A stretch of DNA of 64,000 bases from Octopus vulgaris. Taxonomy: Eukaryota. The position numbers were made by a program, and so were the translations under genes. Below, piece after piece: positions 13,968 through 27,704 of this stretch. Below the pieces are notes generated by a model, which did no database searches, was not told where the DNA came from, and was given only the letters and a program-made list of their open reading frames with translations. Every line of letters begins with the position of its first letter. The stretch's first letter is position 1. The stretch is taken from positions 24,180,001 through 24,244,000 of the forward strand of contig OX597839.1 of the NCBI GenBank assembly GCA_951406725.2, written 5' to 3'.

Positions 13968-14227
13968 ATCAGTAAATTAATATGTTACCATTATTCAAAA
14001 GCCAAGATAAAACTCTGAGTTTCAGATGCCGAAGTGGAAATCCAAACACCATCTCTTCAGATATCCGAAGAGATGGTGTTGTGGATTTCCACCTCGGCAT
14101 CCGAAACTCGGCATCAGAGTTTTATCTTGGCTATTGAATAATTGTCACATATTATTTTACAGATAAATTTCCTCTATTTACATAATATTGAGGTCTCTTT
14201 CTTTCTTTTGTTATCTTACCGTTTTTA

Positions 14228-14230
<3 letters not shown>
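13968..14230. mobile_element. Penelope-like element terminal remnant with inverted duplication and hammerhead-like motifs
   Basis: Palindrome 13968-14164; CUGAAGA...GAAAC...GUU core; flanked by (TA)n on both sides. Confidence 0.6.
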
Positions 14231-14263
<33 letters not shown>

Positions 14264-15053
14264 CATACATACACACACACACAAAATGAAAAGAAGAAGT
14301 GAAAGGAACTTCTTTAACACACCTTTAATTCTAAGTTCCAGAAGTTTCCGTACCATCTCCATTTGCAACACCAGTTTACATGAAAATTTTGGAAGAAAAA
14401 TCACGTAATATTTGCCCTTTTAGGCATTGGAGAAGCACGTCCCCAGACTTGCATCAAAGGCGTGTTATTACACACACACACATATACACGCAGTGGGCTT
14501 CTTTCAGTTTCCATCCACCAAATACACTCACAAATCTTTGATCGGTCTGAGGCTTATAGAAGTCCAAGGTGCCATGCAATGGGATTGAACCTGGAGCCAT
14601 GTGATCGAGAAAGAAGCTTCTTACTACACAGCCACACCTGCACCAAGGGGAATAGTTTTCATAACAGAAAATTAATTAAAGGTGTGGTAATTATCATAAT
14701 TTTTTTTTTTTTTAATAAAAGTATCTGAATGCCAATAGACAAAGAAGAACGTTTTTTTTTTTTTTTGTTTATTCCATTTTAAATTGTCACCGAGTAATTT
14801 CGAATACTGAAATAGCTGGGCTGCAACATAAATTGGCCTAATTGTCTTATAAAAGGTTAATTAATAAATAGTCCACATTTCATAACAACAAAATTGGAGA
14901 ATGAAGAGGAGAATTTTCTGCCAATTAATGTAATTTTATTATATTATTATCAAACAACAGTTGTAGTAAAATTAGCGCCGGCAGCAGCAGCAGCAGTGAT
15001 TAACTTCAAAGTCAAAATTATCTGCCTACATACACACACATAGATGTATGGGT

Positions 15054-15087
<34 letters not shown>

Positions 15088-17188
15088 CCACACACATTTA
15101 TGTAGCTTTTTATGTTTAACAAAACAACTATGACAATTAATGAATCTGTTCTGAAGACAATTTAAAGTTATTAACAACGAATGTGTTAAATCAACTTAAA
15201 TAACATGTAGGTCTCTTATTTTGCAAACGTCCTAATTAATGACATCAATTAATCAACTGTTTAACCCTAATGACTTTAGAGGGAAGGCAAATGGATGTTG
15301 CAGTATGTGTGATGCCTTTTACAATAAGTGATAACCAACCAAACGCAGGCATGCACATGGCCACCTACATTGGAGCGAGAGAACAACAACTGCTTGGATA
15401 AACCCTGAGATATGACAGGTACTAATTTTATCAATGGTCCAAGGATGAATGATGATGCTGGCTTCAGCTGGATCTGCTCCCCACAACAACCCTTTTACAA
15501 TAACTGCTACTAGTGCAAGTACAAGGGGCTGAAGGGATGAGTACCCCTGATCCCAATAATTGACTGGTTCCTTATTTTTACCAACCCTGGCAGGATACAA
15601 CTTACAGTCGACCCTGGAAGGATTTTAAACTCAGAATGTAAGGTGCTGGAATAAATATTGCAAAGGTTTTTGCTGTAATGGCGGTGCCTGACTTAGTGGT
15701 TAGGGTGTTGGACTGACAATCGTAAGATAGTGGTTTCGATTCCTGGGCTGGGTGATGTGGCATGCTTTTGAGCAAAACACTGCAGTCCACTCAGCTGGTA
15801 AAAATGAGTAATCCTGCAATGGATTGACGTCCCATCCAGGGGTGAATATACATGCTAGGGAAACCAGCCCTATGCCCCTTATGGAGTAAGGTGAACTAAC
15901 CATCTGCTCTAAGGAGTCTGCCAACCAACTGCCCTTTACAATATGTGCAAAAGATTTGGCTAAATATAAAGTTAATATTGCCTCTCGTCATTTGCTTCAG
16001 CCACTGGACTGTGGCCAGGCTACAGCACTGCTTTGAACAGTTTTGCTGAGTCAATTGATCCCAGTACTTCTGGTGGGGGTGGGGTATATAATAAAAAGAC
16101 CTATTTAATTCTTCAACAGTCAATTTACTCAGTCAGTTGTTATGCTTATTTATTCAAATTGTTTTGAATTAATCATGGATTATCTCATAGCTTCGAGATT
16201 TCAATGATGTGAATGTTTAATTTTAGAATTATTGTAAGGTAAGTGTAAGAGGTCAGATCTGGCTAGTTTGAACATAGAACAGGGTCAGATACAGCTGATT
16301 CAACCCTTTAGCAGCATTGTGAATACTCTGTCAAATAAAATACTTATTCATTCACACTGTTTTGAATTAATCCTGGATTATCTCATAGCTTTGAGATTTC
16401 AATAATGTGATTGTTTCATTTTTAGAATGACATAGTTGGGTAGGTGTAAGAGGCTGGATCTGACCAGTTTGAATATTTCACAGGTAGAACATTCAGGTAG
16501 AAATGCTAAAGAGTTGAAAGGTAAAAAGCTGTTTCCCAGCAGTCTTTTCCCCTTGCTTTCATTGCCACACAACAAATAGACATAAAATGAGATCTATGGG
16601 GGGGGGGGGAGAAAGCTTTATTCTTTTTCTTTGTCCTCTACAGGTGAATGCTGAATGCCAAACCTGTCACATCTATCACTAACCACTCAACTGTAATCTT
16701 ATCAGGGTCACCTTTAGGTGTAAGTAACATCTGCCCTGAAGGCGACCACGGGCATCACAGTCAAGTACCTTTGCTTCCTCTCAATCACCCGGCCCCTACC
16801 CTATATCTCTCTCTCTCAAACAATGGAAAGTTCAAAGAAGCTAACATTCACTTCTTTCAGCCATTGAACTGTGGCCATGCTGCAGCAGCAGCAGCACCAC
16901 CACCACCGTCATTGGTTTTCTATCACTCATTTCAGCCTCTCTTTTTTTTACTTTTTACTTGTTTCACTCCTAAGACCACAGCCATGCTGGGGCATCACCT
17001 TAACGAATTTTTAGTTGAAGGAATTGGCTCCAGAACTTACTGTTTTCTAAAGCCTGGTACTTATGCTATCAGTCACTTTTGTTGAACTGCTATGTTATGG
17101 GGATACAAACACCAACACCAGTTGTCAAGCGGCAGCAGGGGACAAACACAGATACAAAAACACTCACACACACACACACACACACACA

Positions 17189-17770
17189 AAAGGTGCGATG
17201 GGTAAATTGTAGCCATTTTATATTTTTAATTTCGCACATCCGCATTGTTTGCTTTAGATTTTGCTAACTACACAGTATAGTAGGGTCAGTTGGGCACCAT
17301 CACACAATTAACTCTGCCAGAAATGTGAAAACAGGCTGTACTGCTTGGCATTCATTCCAGAAGCTCCAATATGAACATTTCAGAGTGTTTTGATGTCAAT
17401 CTGAGATGTACTGAGGGTGATGTTATGCCTCCATTCATCTTCCCACACGATCTCACACTCAACATAGACGCCTACATCAAATGCCTGGAGGAGGTAGTGC
17501 TGCTCTGGATCAAGAGGGTGGCTGCTGGAACACCCTATGTCTGGCAACAGGACTCTGCACCATGCCACACAAGCAGGAGAACCCAGTCATGGCTGTCAGA
17601 TAATTTCTGCAACTGCATCACCCCTAAATCTGGTCACCTAACTCCCCACACCTCAACCCCCCTGATTATTATGTGTGGGGCGCAGTTGAGCGAGACGCCA
17701 ACAAAACTTGTCGTAACACCAAAGATGAACAGGCAAGGATTATGACAGCATTGACCAATTTAAACAAGAG
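17189..17770 (+). pseudogene. Tc1/mariner transposase remnant, DD37D (maT-like) spacing
   Basis: VWQQDSAPCHTS...[1-nt frameshift]WSPNSPHLNPPDYYVWGAVE; 37 residues between the second and third Asp once the frameshift is repaired. Confidence 0.85.
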
Positions 17771-17869
17771 GTCACCAATGCTTGACCCTGGGTGCTGAAG
17801 TCCCAGATTTTTGGCATTGAAGAAGAAAAATGTTAATGCCTGAACTGATAAACAACTGATTTAGAAATA

Positions 17870-18385
17870 ACAATAATAATAATTTCAAATTTTGGCACAA
17901 GGCTAGCAATTTCAGGGTAAGTTAAATACATCGACCCTGAAAGAATCGAAGGTATAGTTGAACTTGGCAGAATTTGGGGCTAGTTGATTACATTGACCCC
18001 CAGCACTCCACTGGTACTTATTTTAACAACTCCGAGGAGATGAAAGGCAAAGTCGACTCTGGTGGAATTTGAACTCAGATCGTAAAGATAGACAGAATGT
18101 TTTTAAGTGTTTCGTCTGGCATGCTAACAATTCTGGCAGCTTGCCACCTTAACAATGATAATAACAATCCTTTCTACTATAGGCACAAGGTTTGAAATTG
18201 AAGGGGGTGGGGTAGTCAATTACACCAACCCCAGTGCATAACTGGTACTTGTTTCATTGACCCTGAAAGGATGAAAGGCAAAGTTGAGCTAAAGAATTCT
18301 AATTTTTAATTCTGGCTCAAGACCAGCAGTTTTAGGGGAAGGAAGATTAGTTGATCGCAATGACACCAGTACATAACTGGTACTT
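17870..18385 (-). mobile_element. Cluster of degraded SINE family B fragments (tail 2)
   Basis: Repeated ctggtactt...gatgaaaggcaaagt and ggcacaagg motifs. Confidence 0.75.
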
Positions 18386-18555
18386 TAGCTGCTTCATCAT
18401 CATCATTCAACATCCGTTTTCCATGCCAGCATGGGTTTCAACTCCAAAAGTAGGAATGGGCAGATTTGGCTTTGGCAGCATTTGAACTTGGAACACAAAG
18501 AACTGGAGGAAATACCAATAAGCATAACAATTCCACCCACTCCACAACTGGGGGT

Positions 18556-18586
<31 letters not shown>

Positions 18587-18590
<4 letters not shown>

Positions 18591-19000
18591 TTGACTTTTG
18601 CTTTGTATTTGTACAAGTTGGCTCCAAGTCTCACCTAGAGACCTCAAGAGACAACACATTAGAAATTCATGTTATGCCTAGCGTGTCATATATTTGGTTT
18701 TGCAAATAGTATTGTTCTAGAGAATGTTTAAGAAACCACAAGAAAATTATAATTTGTTTTTAAAATTGAGATTACATAGACACATAGACGGTATTTTATG
18801 AGGGATATGGGTAGTTCCCATGGGCACTATCTTTTGAATTTCTGCCATTTTGGGGTTTCCTGGTATCTGAGCTAGGTAGCAATCAGCTCCTTTTGCTATC
18901 ATTCCTTGGGCACCTATGACAACAGGTATTGTTTTAGTCTTCAGGTTCCATATTTTGCCAATTTCTATTTGAAGATCTTTATACTTGCTCAGTGTTTGGT
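18587..19000 (-). mobile_element. R4/Dong-clade (RLE) LINE 3' end
   Basis: Minus-strand translation LSKYKDLQIEIGKIWNLKTKTIPVVIGAQGMI...EIQKIVPMGTTHI (RLE C-terminus) plus 3' UTR; (TAT)n on both flanks. Confidence 0.85.
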
Positions 19001-19003
19001 GGA

Positions 19004-19040
<37 letters not shown>

Positions 19041-19735
19041 ATCGTTTATTGTTACTATTTCATAGAGACATCAAGTCACCAGTTTCGGCATATCAATGTT
19101 CTAATTAATAATTTTAGTGGCTCAATCGTTGCAAACATTACATGGATCGTTAGTTTAGGCATAAATAGCAAAAGCAAAAGACAAACCATTCATGGAAAGG
19201 AAAGAAAACTAAGAGAAAAATAAAAAAATAAAAAAAAAAAACAGAAAAATAAAAGAGAGAGAGAAATATTGTAGAAATGTTAAAATTGATTTTGAATGAT
19301 ACAAAAATTATTATGGAACTTTGGAATCAATTTGAGTTAATAATCGCAAAATGAAAGAATGGTTTCTCAGAAAGCTCCCAAGACAATTTGTCAGTGAAGA
19401 AATATCTTATCAAAACTGCAGCGAACGGAGCTAAAAATGCCGACTGTTTGTCAAATCATTGAAAACGAAGGAGAAGAACAAAGTGAGTGCTTGGGGAATA
19501 TGTGATGCCAGTCATCTCGAAAATGGTGGATCTGCTGCTGCAGTGGAAATATTCTACAGCTCACATTATCTACAAGAGCATTGTTTCTTTTTGTTTATCG
19601 ATGAAGTTTAGGAATAATTCCTTCCAGAAACAGCAGAATTATCTATCTATCTATGAGAAGCTACACTTGTACAGAAACCAACAGAGGGGCCTCTACATGG
19701 TGAACCTACTAGAAATAGCAGCCAAATTATCTCCA

Positions 19736-20023
19736 CTCTCTCTCTTTTACTTGTTTCAGTCATTTGACTGCGGCCATGCTGGAGCACCGCCTTTAGTCGA
19801 GCAACTCGACCCCGGGACTTATTCTTTTGTAAGCCCAGTACTTATTCTATCGGTCTCTTTTGCCGAACCGCTAAGTGACGGGGACGTAAACACACCAGCA
19901 TCGGTTGTCAAACAATGCTAGGGGAACAGACACAGACACACAAACACACACATATATATATATATATATACATATATACGACGGGCTTCTTTCAGTTTCC
20001 GTCTACCAAATCCACTCACAAGG
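19736..20023 (-). mobile_element. SINE family A, 5'-truncated
   Basis: Matches the family A tail and body. Confidence 0.9.
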
Positions 20024-21412
20024 CCGTCTTTAAAAATCAAAAAAAAAAGTCTGGCTTTTACTCGTTTGCTTCATTCATCAGATTATGGCCATGCTGGAGC
20101 ATCACCTTGAAGGGTTTTAATACCAGTCCTTTTTTTTTTAATCTAGTACTTATGTCGGTGACCTAAATTAAAAACCTCTCGTCAAAATCTCACGTTAATT
20201 CATATTACAGACACTAGCATAACAACAACAAAGTTATTTTAATAAATTCTTTGTCATTTTCAAAATTAATTGAAACAAAGCCAGCAAATACATTTCAGCA
20301 GAAAAATGGTTAAAGAAACAAAAAAAAAAAGTGGGGGGTGGGGTTAAAGTGATCTAAATTAAAATCTTACACCGAAATGTCACGTTAATTTTTATTCCAA
20401 AACCTAGCACAATAACAACAAAGTTATTTTAATAAATTCTTTGTAATTTCCAAAAGTAATTGCAACAAAGGCAGAATTATTCCAACAGAATTATGGCAAC
20501 AAAAAAGGGTTTGAGAGCAACATTTCCACTCTCCCCACGAGCAGCCATTTTGCCTGCTTTGTTCCCGCTCCAAGAGACACACAAAGCCACGTTTAATCTA
20601 ATCGACAACATCACCATACTGCACAGCCGCCATACTGCCTTACTACGGACCGACCTGACTGTAGTACTGTCGTCTGGTCTCTCGTCACTGATTCAATGAA
20701 CATGTCTCTGAATAATCAGATTCTAACACACTCTCTCGGATACTTTTATTTCTTTTGTTAACAATCAACTACGTTCCAAACATCTGGCTGGATAGTACCC
20801 CACCCCACCCCGCTCCTCCATCAGCAATGTCGCTCTAACCATCATCAAATGGCTGTTTCCATTCTTAACATCACTCTAAAAGAGACAGTTTTCTTTGATT
20901 GAAAGCACACTTTGCCCTTTCTTCCTCGCCCCCCACACATTCCAACTTTTTTTTCTCAGAGACTTTTTATTTTAATTTTATTATTTTTTTTTCCTTTTCT
21001 TTTGGTCAGGTCACGTACCAATCTCGTAGTTTAGCCACATCTCTTTAGTCATTCATAACCTAAGCTGCAAACAGTGCCAAGCGGGAGAAAATGTCAGAGC
21101 AAATTGCCGCCAAATACCAACAAATTAACAGAGAAATGGTAGACAGCTTATTTACAAACCGCCACATCCTCTGACGCTAAAATGGTTTGGGGGAACAGCA
21201 CGGTTGTGGTGCGACGCTCATTGAGTTCTTGGTTCCTTCCCTCTCACACAGATTTAGTCTTATCAGAACTAATGTCAATACATAACTTTATATAAATCAC
21301 AAAACATGAGTTTCAGACACAACAGCTTAACCCTTTGCCATTCAGATTATTCCGTCAAATGTAATGCTTATTAATTCATATTGCTTTTAAAGAAAGATTA
21401 TCTTGCAGATTC

Positions 21413-21760
21413 AGGAGGCGAGGTAGTTGAGCTCCTTTCAAGCAGGCCCCATGGAGGCAAAGTGGCCAAGTTCCTTTTGAGTGTTGGGCCTTGAGGAAGC
21501 AATGACCAAGACCTTTGGCATTATGTCATTCTTGAGAAGAAAACCCATAAAGCCGAGCAAAGTTGCAGTATCACGCAAATGGCACCTGCACCGGTGGCAC
21601 AAAAAAGCACCCATCACACTCTCAAAGTTGTTGGTGTTAAGAAGGGCATTCAGCTGTAGAAAACCATGCGAAATCAGTGCAGCCTTCCAGCGTGCCAGCC
21701 TAGTCAAACCGTCCAACCCATGCCAACATGGACAACGGACATTAACTGATGATGATGATT
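21413..21760 (+). mobile_element. Family D copy with RTE-like ORF2 terminus, inserted in a piggyBac-like MITE (21331-21855)
   Basis: LGLEEAMT..DLWHYVILEKKT-like frameshifted peptide, then D 3' UTR and (GAT)n; MITE sequence resumes after 21760. Confidence 0.6.
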
Positions 21761-22350
21761 ATTTAGTTTGAGAATTATATTGCAAGGTAAGCGTAAGAGA
21801 CCAGATCTGGCTAGTTTGAACATAGAACAGGTAGAATATTGTCCTGCTTGCTAAATACAAATACAGTAAGGATCTTCAGGGCCAATGCTGGGGTTTCATA
21901 ACTGGCATGTAAAAAGCACCCACTCACTTTTGGAGTGGTTGGCGTTAGGAAGGGCATCCAGCTGTAGAAACATTGCCAGATCAGATTGGAACCTGGTGCA
22001 TCGCCCCAGTTTACCAGTTTTCAGTCAAACCGTCCAATCCATGCCAGCATGGAAAACAGACGTTAACTGATGATGAAAAACTTTGATCAACTGAAATTAT
22101 CCTCCAAGTAATTAATGAAGGAAAACTCCCTATAGGGATAAACATCAAAGGGCATGACTCTAATAAGATCTGCTAATTGAAATTTAGAGGGAAATATAGA
22201 CAATGCAGAATGGAGAGTGTCCGGATTAATACTTAACTTGTATGAGACTTTACCACAGAGGGAAACATCAGTGGAGCCAGTATTGAAACACGTGATATCA
22301 TGAGAACCATACTAACCTTCTTTACATTCATTTTGGAGGAAATGAAGGTA

Positions 22351-22665
22351 ATCATCATCATCATCATCATCATAGTTTAACGTCCGTTTTCCGCGCTAGC
22401 ACGGGTTCGACGGTTTCGACTGGGGTCTGGGGAGCCAGGGGCTGCCCCAGGCTCCAGTCTGGTCTGGCAGTGTTTCTACAGCTGGATGCCCTTCCTAACG
22501 CCAACCACTCCGCGAGTGTAGTGGGTGCTTTTTACGTGCCACCTGCACAGGTGCCAGAGGGGTCTGGCATCGGCCACGGTCAGTTGGTGCTTTTTATGTG
22601 CCACCTGCACAGAAGCCAGTCGGGGCGGTGCTGGCATCGGCCACGTTCGGATGGTGCTTTTTATG
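22351..22665 (-). mobile_element. Family D copy
   Basis: (CAT)n tail; gctggatgcccttcctaacgccaaccac; subrepeats. Confidence 0.85.
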
Positions 22666-24261
22666 TGGAGAAGGGAGAAAACTCTAATACCCTACTGCCA
22701 TCATTTATTTCTGTTCCTCTTACAGCAGAGGGATGGAATAACTTGGAAATTTTCCAACAAGACTTTATAAAGTTGGAGACAACTGATGTTTAAGTGTAAG
22801 TGTTTTTTCGTGAATATTAAGAAAGTGCGGAAACAAGACACTGACTCTGGACAAACCATCAACGGAAGCAAAGAGTTGGGAGCCAAGTAACCATCGTAAG
22901 AGAAGAAATGTTGACAACAACAATACTGAGTAAATAAATAAAACTGGCGATGGGCAACACATGGTAGGTGGATAGGATATCAGTCAAGGGAGAATTTACA
23001 AGGGAAAATACAAACAACATCAACAAAAAACAATTCGAGGCTTCAGAAAACAACACTGAAATCAAACCTAATCACAAAGAAAAGGGAGTTAAGATAAGGT
23101 GGGGGGGAAACAATTTTTCTTTTCCCCTTTTACCCCCCACCCCACCCCTCGAGCTTTCTCGGTTTACATGTCTTCAATGTAACCTAAATGGATCGAGAAA
23201 TTGTTGTAAAACAGTGGAAAATTTCAATTTGGAGTTTCTAGAAGTTAAGAAGAGGCTGAAAGTGAAGTCTGTAGTCGGATCCAATTCATCAAAGAGGAAA
23301 CAGGGTCGGGTGAGGAGAGGGGGGTGGGAATGGGAAGAAGAGACGGCGGGGGGAGGGGGGGTAGGAGTTAATTGACTGAGAGTGAAAACCACAAGGAGTT
23401 GAGAAGCAACACAAGGCAAACATCAGTGAAACGTTAGCTTTAAACACATGGATCACACAGCAAGAGAAGCAGCAAATAGCTCCTTCCTGAAATAATTAGC
23501 AACTAATCAAAGAGTGGGGTCCATAAGTCTGAAAGAATTCGGTAGGCATACATTAACACACACACACACATGCATATATATACACAAATGCATATATATA
23601 TATATATATGCATGTGTGTATGCACATGTGTGTGTTATGTATGCCTATATGGATACTCTTTGATATATGCATGCGTATACACACACATATTTATATATAC
23701 AATATGCATACCTATATAGACACATATGTATAATATGTAAGCATATATATACACACATATATACATATAAACACACACACACAACATGTCTATGGACGTG
23801 CATACACAGACTTGGAACCTGTAAGACGATCTTCCAGCCCAATTCTCAGAGGGATTATTCCTGAATGCAGCAACGACTGTCTTGGAGTAAATTGTTAATG
23901 CTGCCAGCAGAAAAATCTTATTAGCTTACATTACAAGTAACAAGGGTATCTGGTCATGTTTTTATCAAGTAGAGGGGAGGAAAGATTTGTATTGACACGT
24001 ACATGAGCTTGTTGCATTAAAACATCACTGTTGTCGACAAGTTAGCACAAGGGAGCTATAAAATACGTCTTGCTTACATTCTCTAACATCTCCTCAAAGA
24101 CATGAACCACACACTGCAAGGCTTATGTCGCCAGCACCATCACTGGTTTGCATCCACTTCTCTCAGTCTGGCATAGGTTGGACAAAACATATTGCTGAAG
24201 TATTTTGCAGCTGGATACCCTTCCTGACTCCCACACAAGGTGATATATGTATATATATATA

Positions 24262-24500
24262 TGTCTGGCGCCACACGATCTTCAATGCAGTCAGCAAGTT
24301 TGAGGAACAAAGAAGAGACACACTTAAAGACAAGAGACACAGGAGGAAGGCGCGAGCCGCCTCTCACACCACACCGGATGTTACTTTCGTCTGTGGACAC
24401 TGCTCACAGACCTGCCTTTCCCATATCGAACTTGTCAGTCACGAGCGTGCGTGCACGCGACGTGGACAGCCTTCCTGATCTTTGTTCGCAAAGCTAAGCC
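24262..24500 (+). mobile_element. RTE-clade LINE ORF2 C-terminal fragment with zinc knuckle
   Basis: WRHTIFNAVSKFEEQRR...FVCGHCSQTCLSHIELVSHERAC. Confidence 0.8.
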
Positions 24501-24873
<373 letters not shown>

Positions 24874-25794
24874 TCATATTCTGCTGTTGTTCACATGTTG
24901 AAACTGACAGCTCTGCCAAGTAACAGAACAATTGTTTAGGATGTCATCATTGCTTTGCTATCAAATCCATTCATAAAGCTTTGGTTGACTTGACGCTATA
25001 GTAGAAGATGGCCAAGGTGCCAAACAATGGGACTGAACCTGTAACCATGTGGTTGGGAAGCAAACTTCTTACCACACAGTTGCTGCATTTTATAAAATTA
25101 TATTACTGCTGCATTGTATGAAAAAAAGAAAAATTTAAATATTTTGTGGATTGTGGAAGTGTATAACCAATTCATTGCAAATAAATTTTAACAAAATCTT
25201 ATATGAACACTCCCCCCCCCCCCGATCACATGGACCCAGAGAGGGGGAAAAAAAGCAGAAGGGGAGGGGCAACAGATTGTGCCCCCAGAACAAATGGTGT
25301 GTTCAGCCATGCCTTGCAAACATGACTGCAAAAGTATTGCTGTGGAGAATGGCCAGTGGCAGCCACCCCAGGCCATGGGGCTCACTTCTCAGAACTGTAG
25401 TTGAAAATCTTAGAACAATAACCTTGTCTTCAACTGAAATACGAAGACATTGTTAGGAAAGCACCAGTCTCAGACAATTATGAATTCCATTTAAAAAAAC
25501 CGAAAGAAAATATATATTTATTACTTATTTTAAAAAATAACTAAAAGAATTGTAACATTTTGGTTATAAATTCCTCCATCTCCGGTATCTGGCAGCCAAA
25601 ATGCCACCCTCAAACAAATTAACCAATTTCTTTTGAAAATGGATTTTATATCTTAGAATAACACCCCCACCCCACCCATGAAGAGATCCAGAGATACCAA
25701 CTAAAGTGTATGGTTCTGTGCCAGGACTTACAGTGCCAAAGCGAAAGTTTCAATATGAACCAATCTAATGAGGTGTATCTGACACCAGTTAGTT

Positions 25795-25992
25795 ACGAGT
25801 GTACCCATGACTTTGGGAAACATTTTTTCACGCTCAGAGTTGCTGAAGCCTGGAATAAACTGCCTGCGTCAGTTGTTGACTGCCATGACACTGCATCCTT
25901 TAAGGCCCTCATGCTTTCCGAAATCCGCCGAAACTACACCTGACTATATATACACTTTAGATGAGTTGTAGTGCACCTGAGCACTGTACACA

Positions 25993-26024
<32 letters not shown>
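25795..26024 (+). mobile_element. CR1-clade LINE 3' end
   Basis: HFFTLRVAEAWNKLPASVVDCHDTASFKALM, the typical CR1 ORF2 C-terminal pattern; short 3' UTR; (ATT)n tail. Confidence 0.85.
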
Positions 26025-26025
<1 letters not shown>

Positions 26026-26295
26026 GGTCAGATCAATGAACAACATGCAAGTGGCTGAGCACTCCACAGACCTGCATGCCCTTAATGTTCTTCTCAGGGG
26101 GATTCGGCGTGATAAAAAATGTGACAAGGCTGGCCCCTTTTGAATTACAAACACAACTCAGGTTTGCCAGCTGAGTGAAGTGAAGCAACAGAAAATAAAG
26201 TGTCTTGCTCAAGGATACAATGTGCAGTTGGGAATTGAACTCACGACTTCACAAGTATGAGCCGAATACCATAACCACTAAGCCATGCACCTTCA
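26025..26295 (-). mobile_element. SINE family C (tail 2)
   Basis: Reverse complement of the 5118-5437 type. Confidence 0.75.
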
Positions 26296-27331
26296 CATTG
26301 TTTCTCTAAAGTCACCGGGAGAGGCATCAACATCACAACACCCGATTTGACTTCTCTATAAAGCAGAGGCTTACAGTTGAAAGAAATGTATTTTCTGTTT
26401 GATGTCAATCGTAAGCCGTATCCAGTCCAAAGATTCTACCTGTTTTATCTTCAAACTGGCCAGATCCAACCTCTCACACCTACCCGACAATGTCATTCTA
26501 AAAATAATCAATCCGGTCATTGAAATCTTGTAGCAGTGAGATAATATATGATTAATAAATAAGATTTTAGATTTGACAGAGTAATCTGAAATGCTAAAGG
26601 GTTAAATTATGTTGGAAGGTCATTACAGGACCCAAGACACTGAACGTTTCTGCTACAAAAGGTTCAAAAGGGGATCTGTTGGAGAGTTACTGGTACCTGT
26701 CTGGCAACAAAGCCTTACTTTTTCTGTTGTAGAAGGGACGACGATCGTGATGCAGAGAAAAACGTCTCAGTGTGAATGTTAGCTAGTCTGTCCACATTTG
26801 CATATCGGAAACACCACGGCTAACTCGTTTGGCGGAGGTGGACGGGAACAGTGTAACAATAATTACAACGTTATGCAGAGAACGATTAGTGATTTTTAAT
26901 GACTCTAACCCCTACCAGTACCACCACCCGACCCCTCGTTAAACCAATATAGCGTATAATCAATAAAGCAACACTGATGATATTATATATATATATATCA
27001 TCATCATCATCATCACCACCAACAATAACAGCATCATCATCATCATCATCATCATCTTCTGACTAATTGGTAGGCTGTACCATGCTAACAGCAGAACGAG
27101 TGGTTCAATGCTGGTTTGTGTGGTGGTGACTGAGGGGGGTGAATGGGGGGAGGGGGTGTTTTTATTGTGTTGTTGCCTTCCGAGACTGACTCTCCCTCCC
27201 CCCAACTCCGGCTGCCGGTGCTGCCAACCAAAATGCCCCGTTGACTTATCGATATTATCGTCCGACTAAAACATAGCTGACACTCATTACTGTGGCTTTC
27301 ATGAGGAGCCTGACCTGTCTACTTCACTTAC

Positions 27332-27680
27332 GCATGATATATTGGAGCGGTGATCTATCGGGGGGTGAAGATTCAACACAGAAGCACGACGAGCGTTCTT
27401 TGATGGCGGCAACGACGAAGACGGTAGCGATGGCTGTGGTAGCAGCAGCAGCAGCAGTAGTAGTAGTGATGGTTGCCTAATTCTTTTTCATTTGCAGTGG
27501 ATATAAATAACAACAGATGCAGCACCAGTAAAGAAGGGCCGATGTGATTAGCAAAACGATATTTTGGTTCTCGGGTTACACAAAACAGATGTTGTCGGCT
27601 TACCTAAAAGGCAGATTGATAACCAGCGAGGTTTTGAATTATTTATTGCTTGCCAGCAAGGGCACCGGTGGTCGGTCGGT
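27332..27680 (-). other. Candidate first exon (5' UTR + ATG C) of an unidentified gene
   Basis: Minus strand ...atatatcATGC|gtaagt (donor 27326-27331); unique CpG-containing sequence; promoter motifs upstream. Confidence 0.45.
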
Positions 27681-27704
27681 CGGTCCTTGGTAGCTGCGCT
27701 TGGG

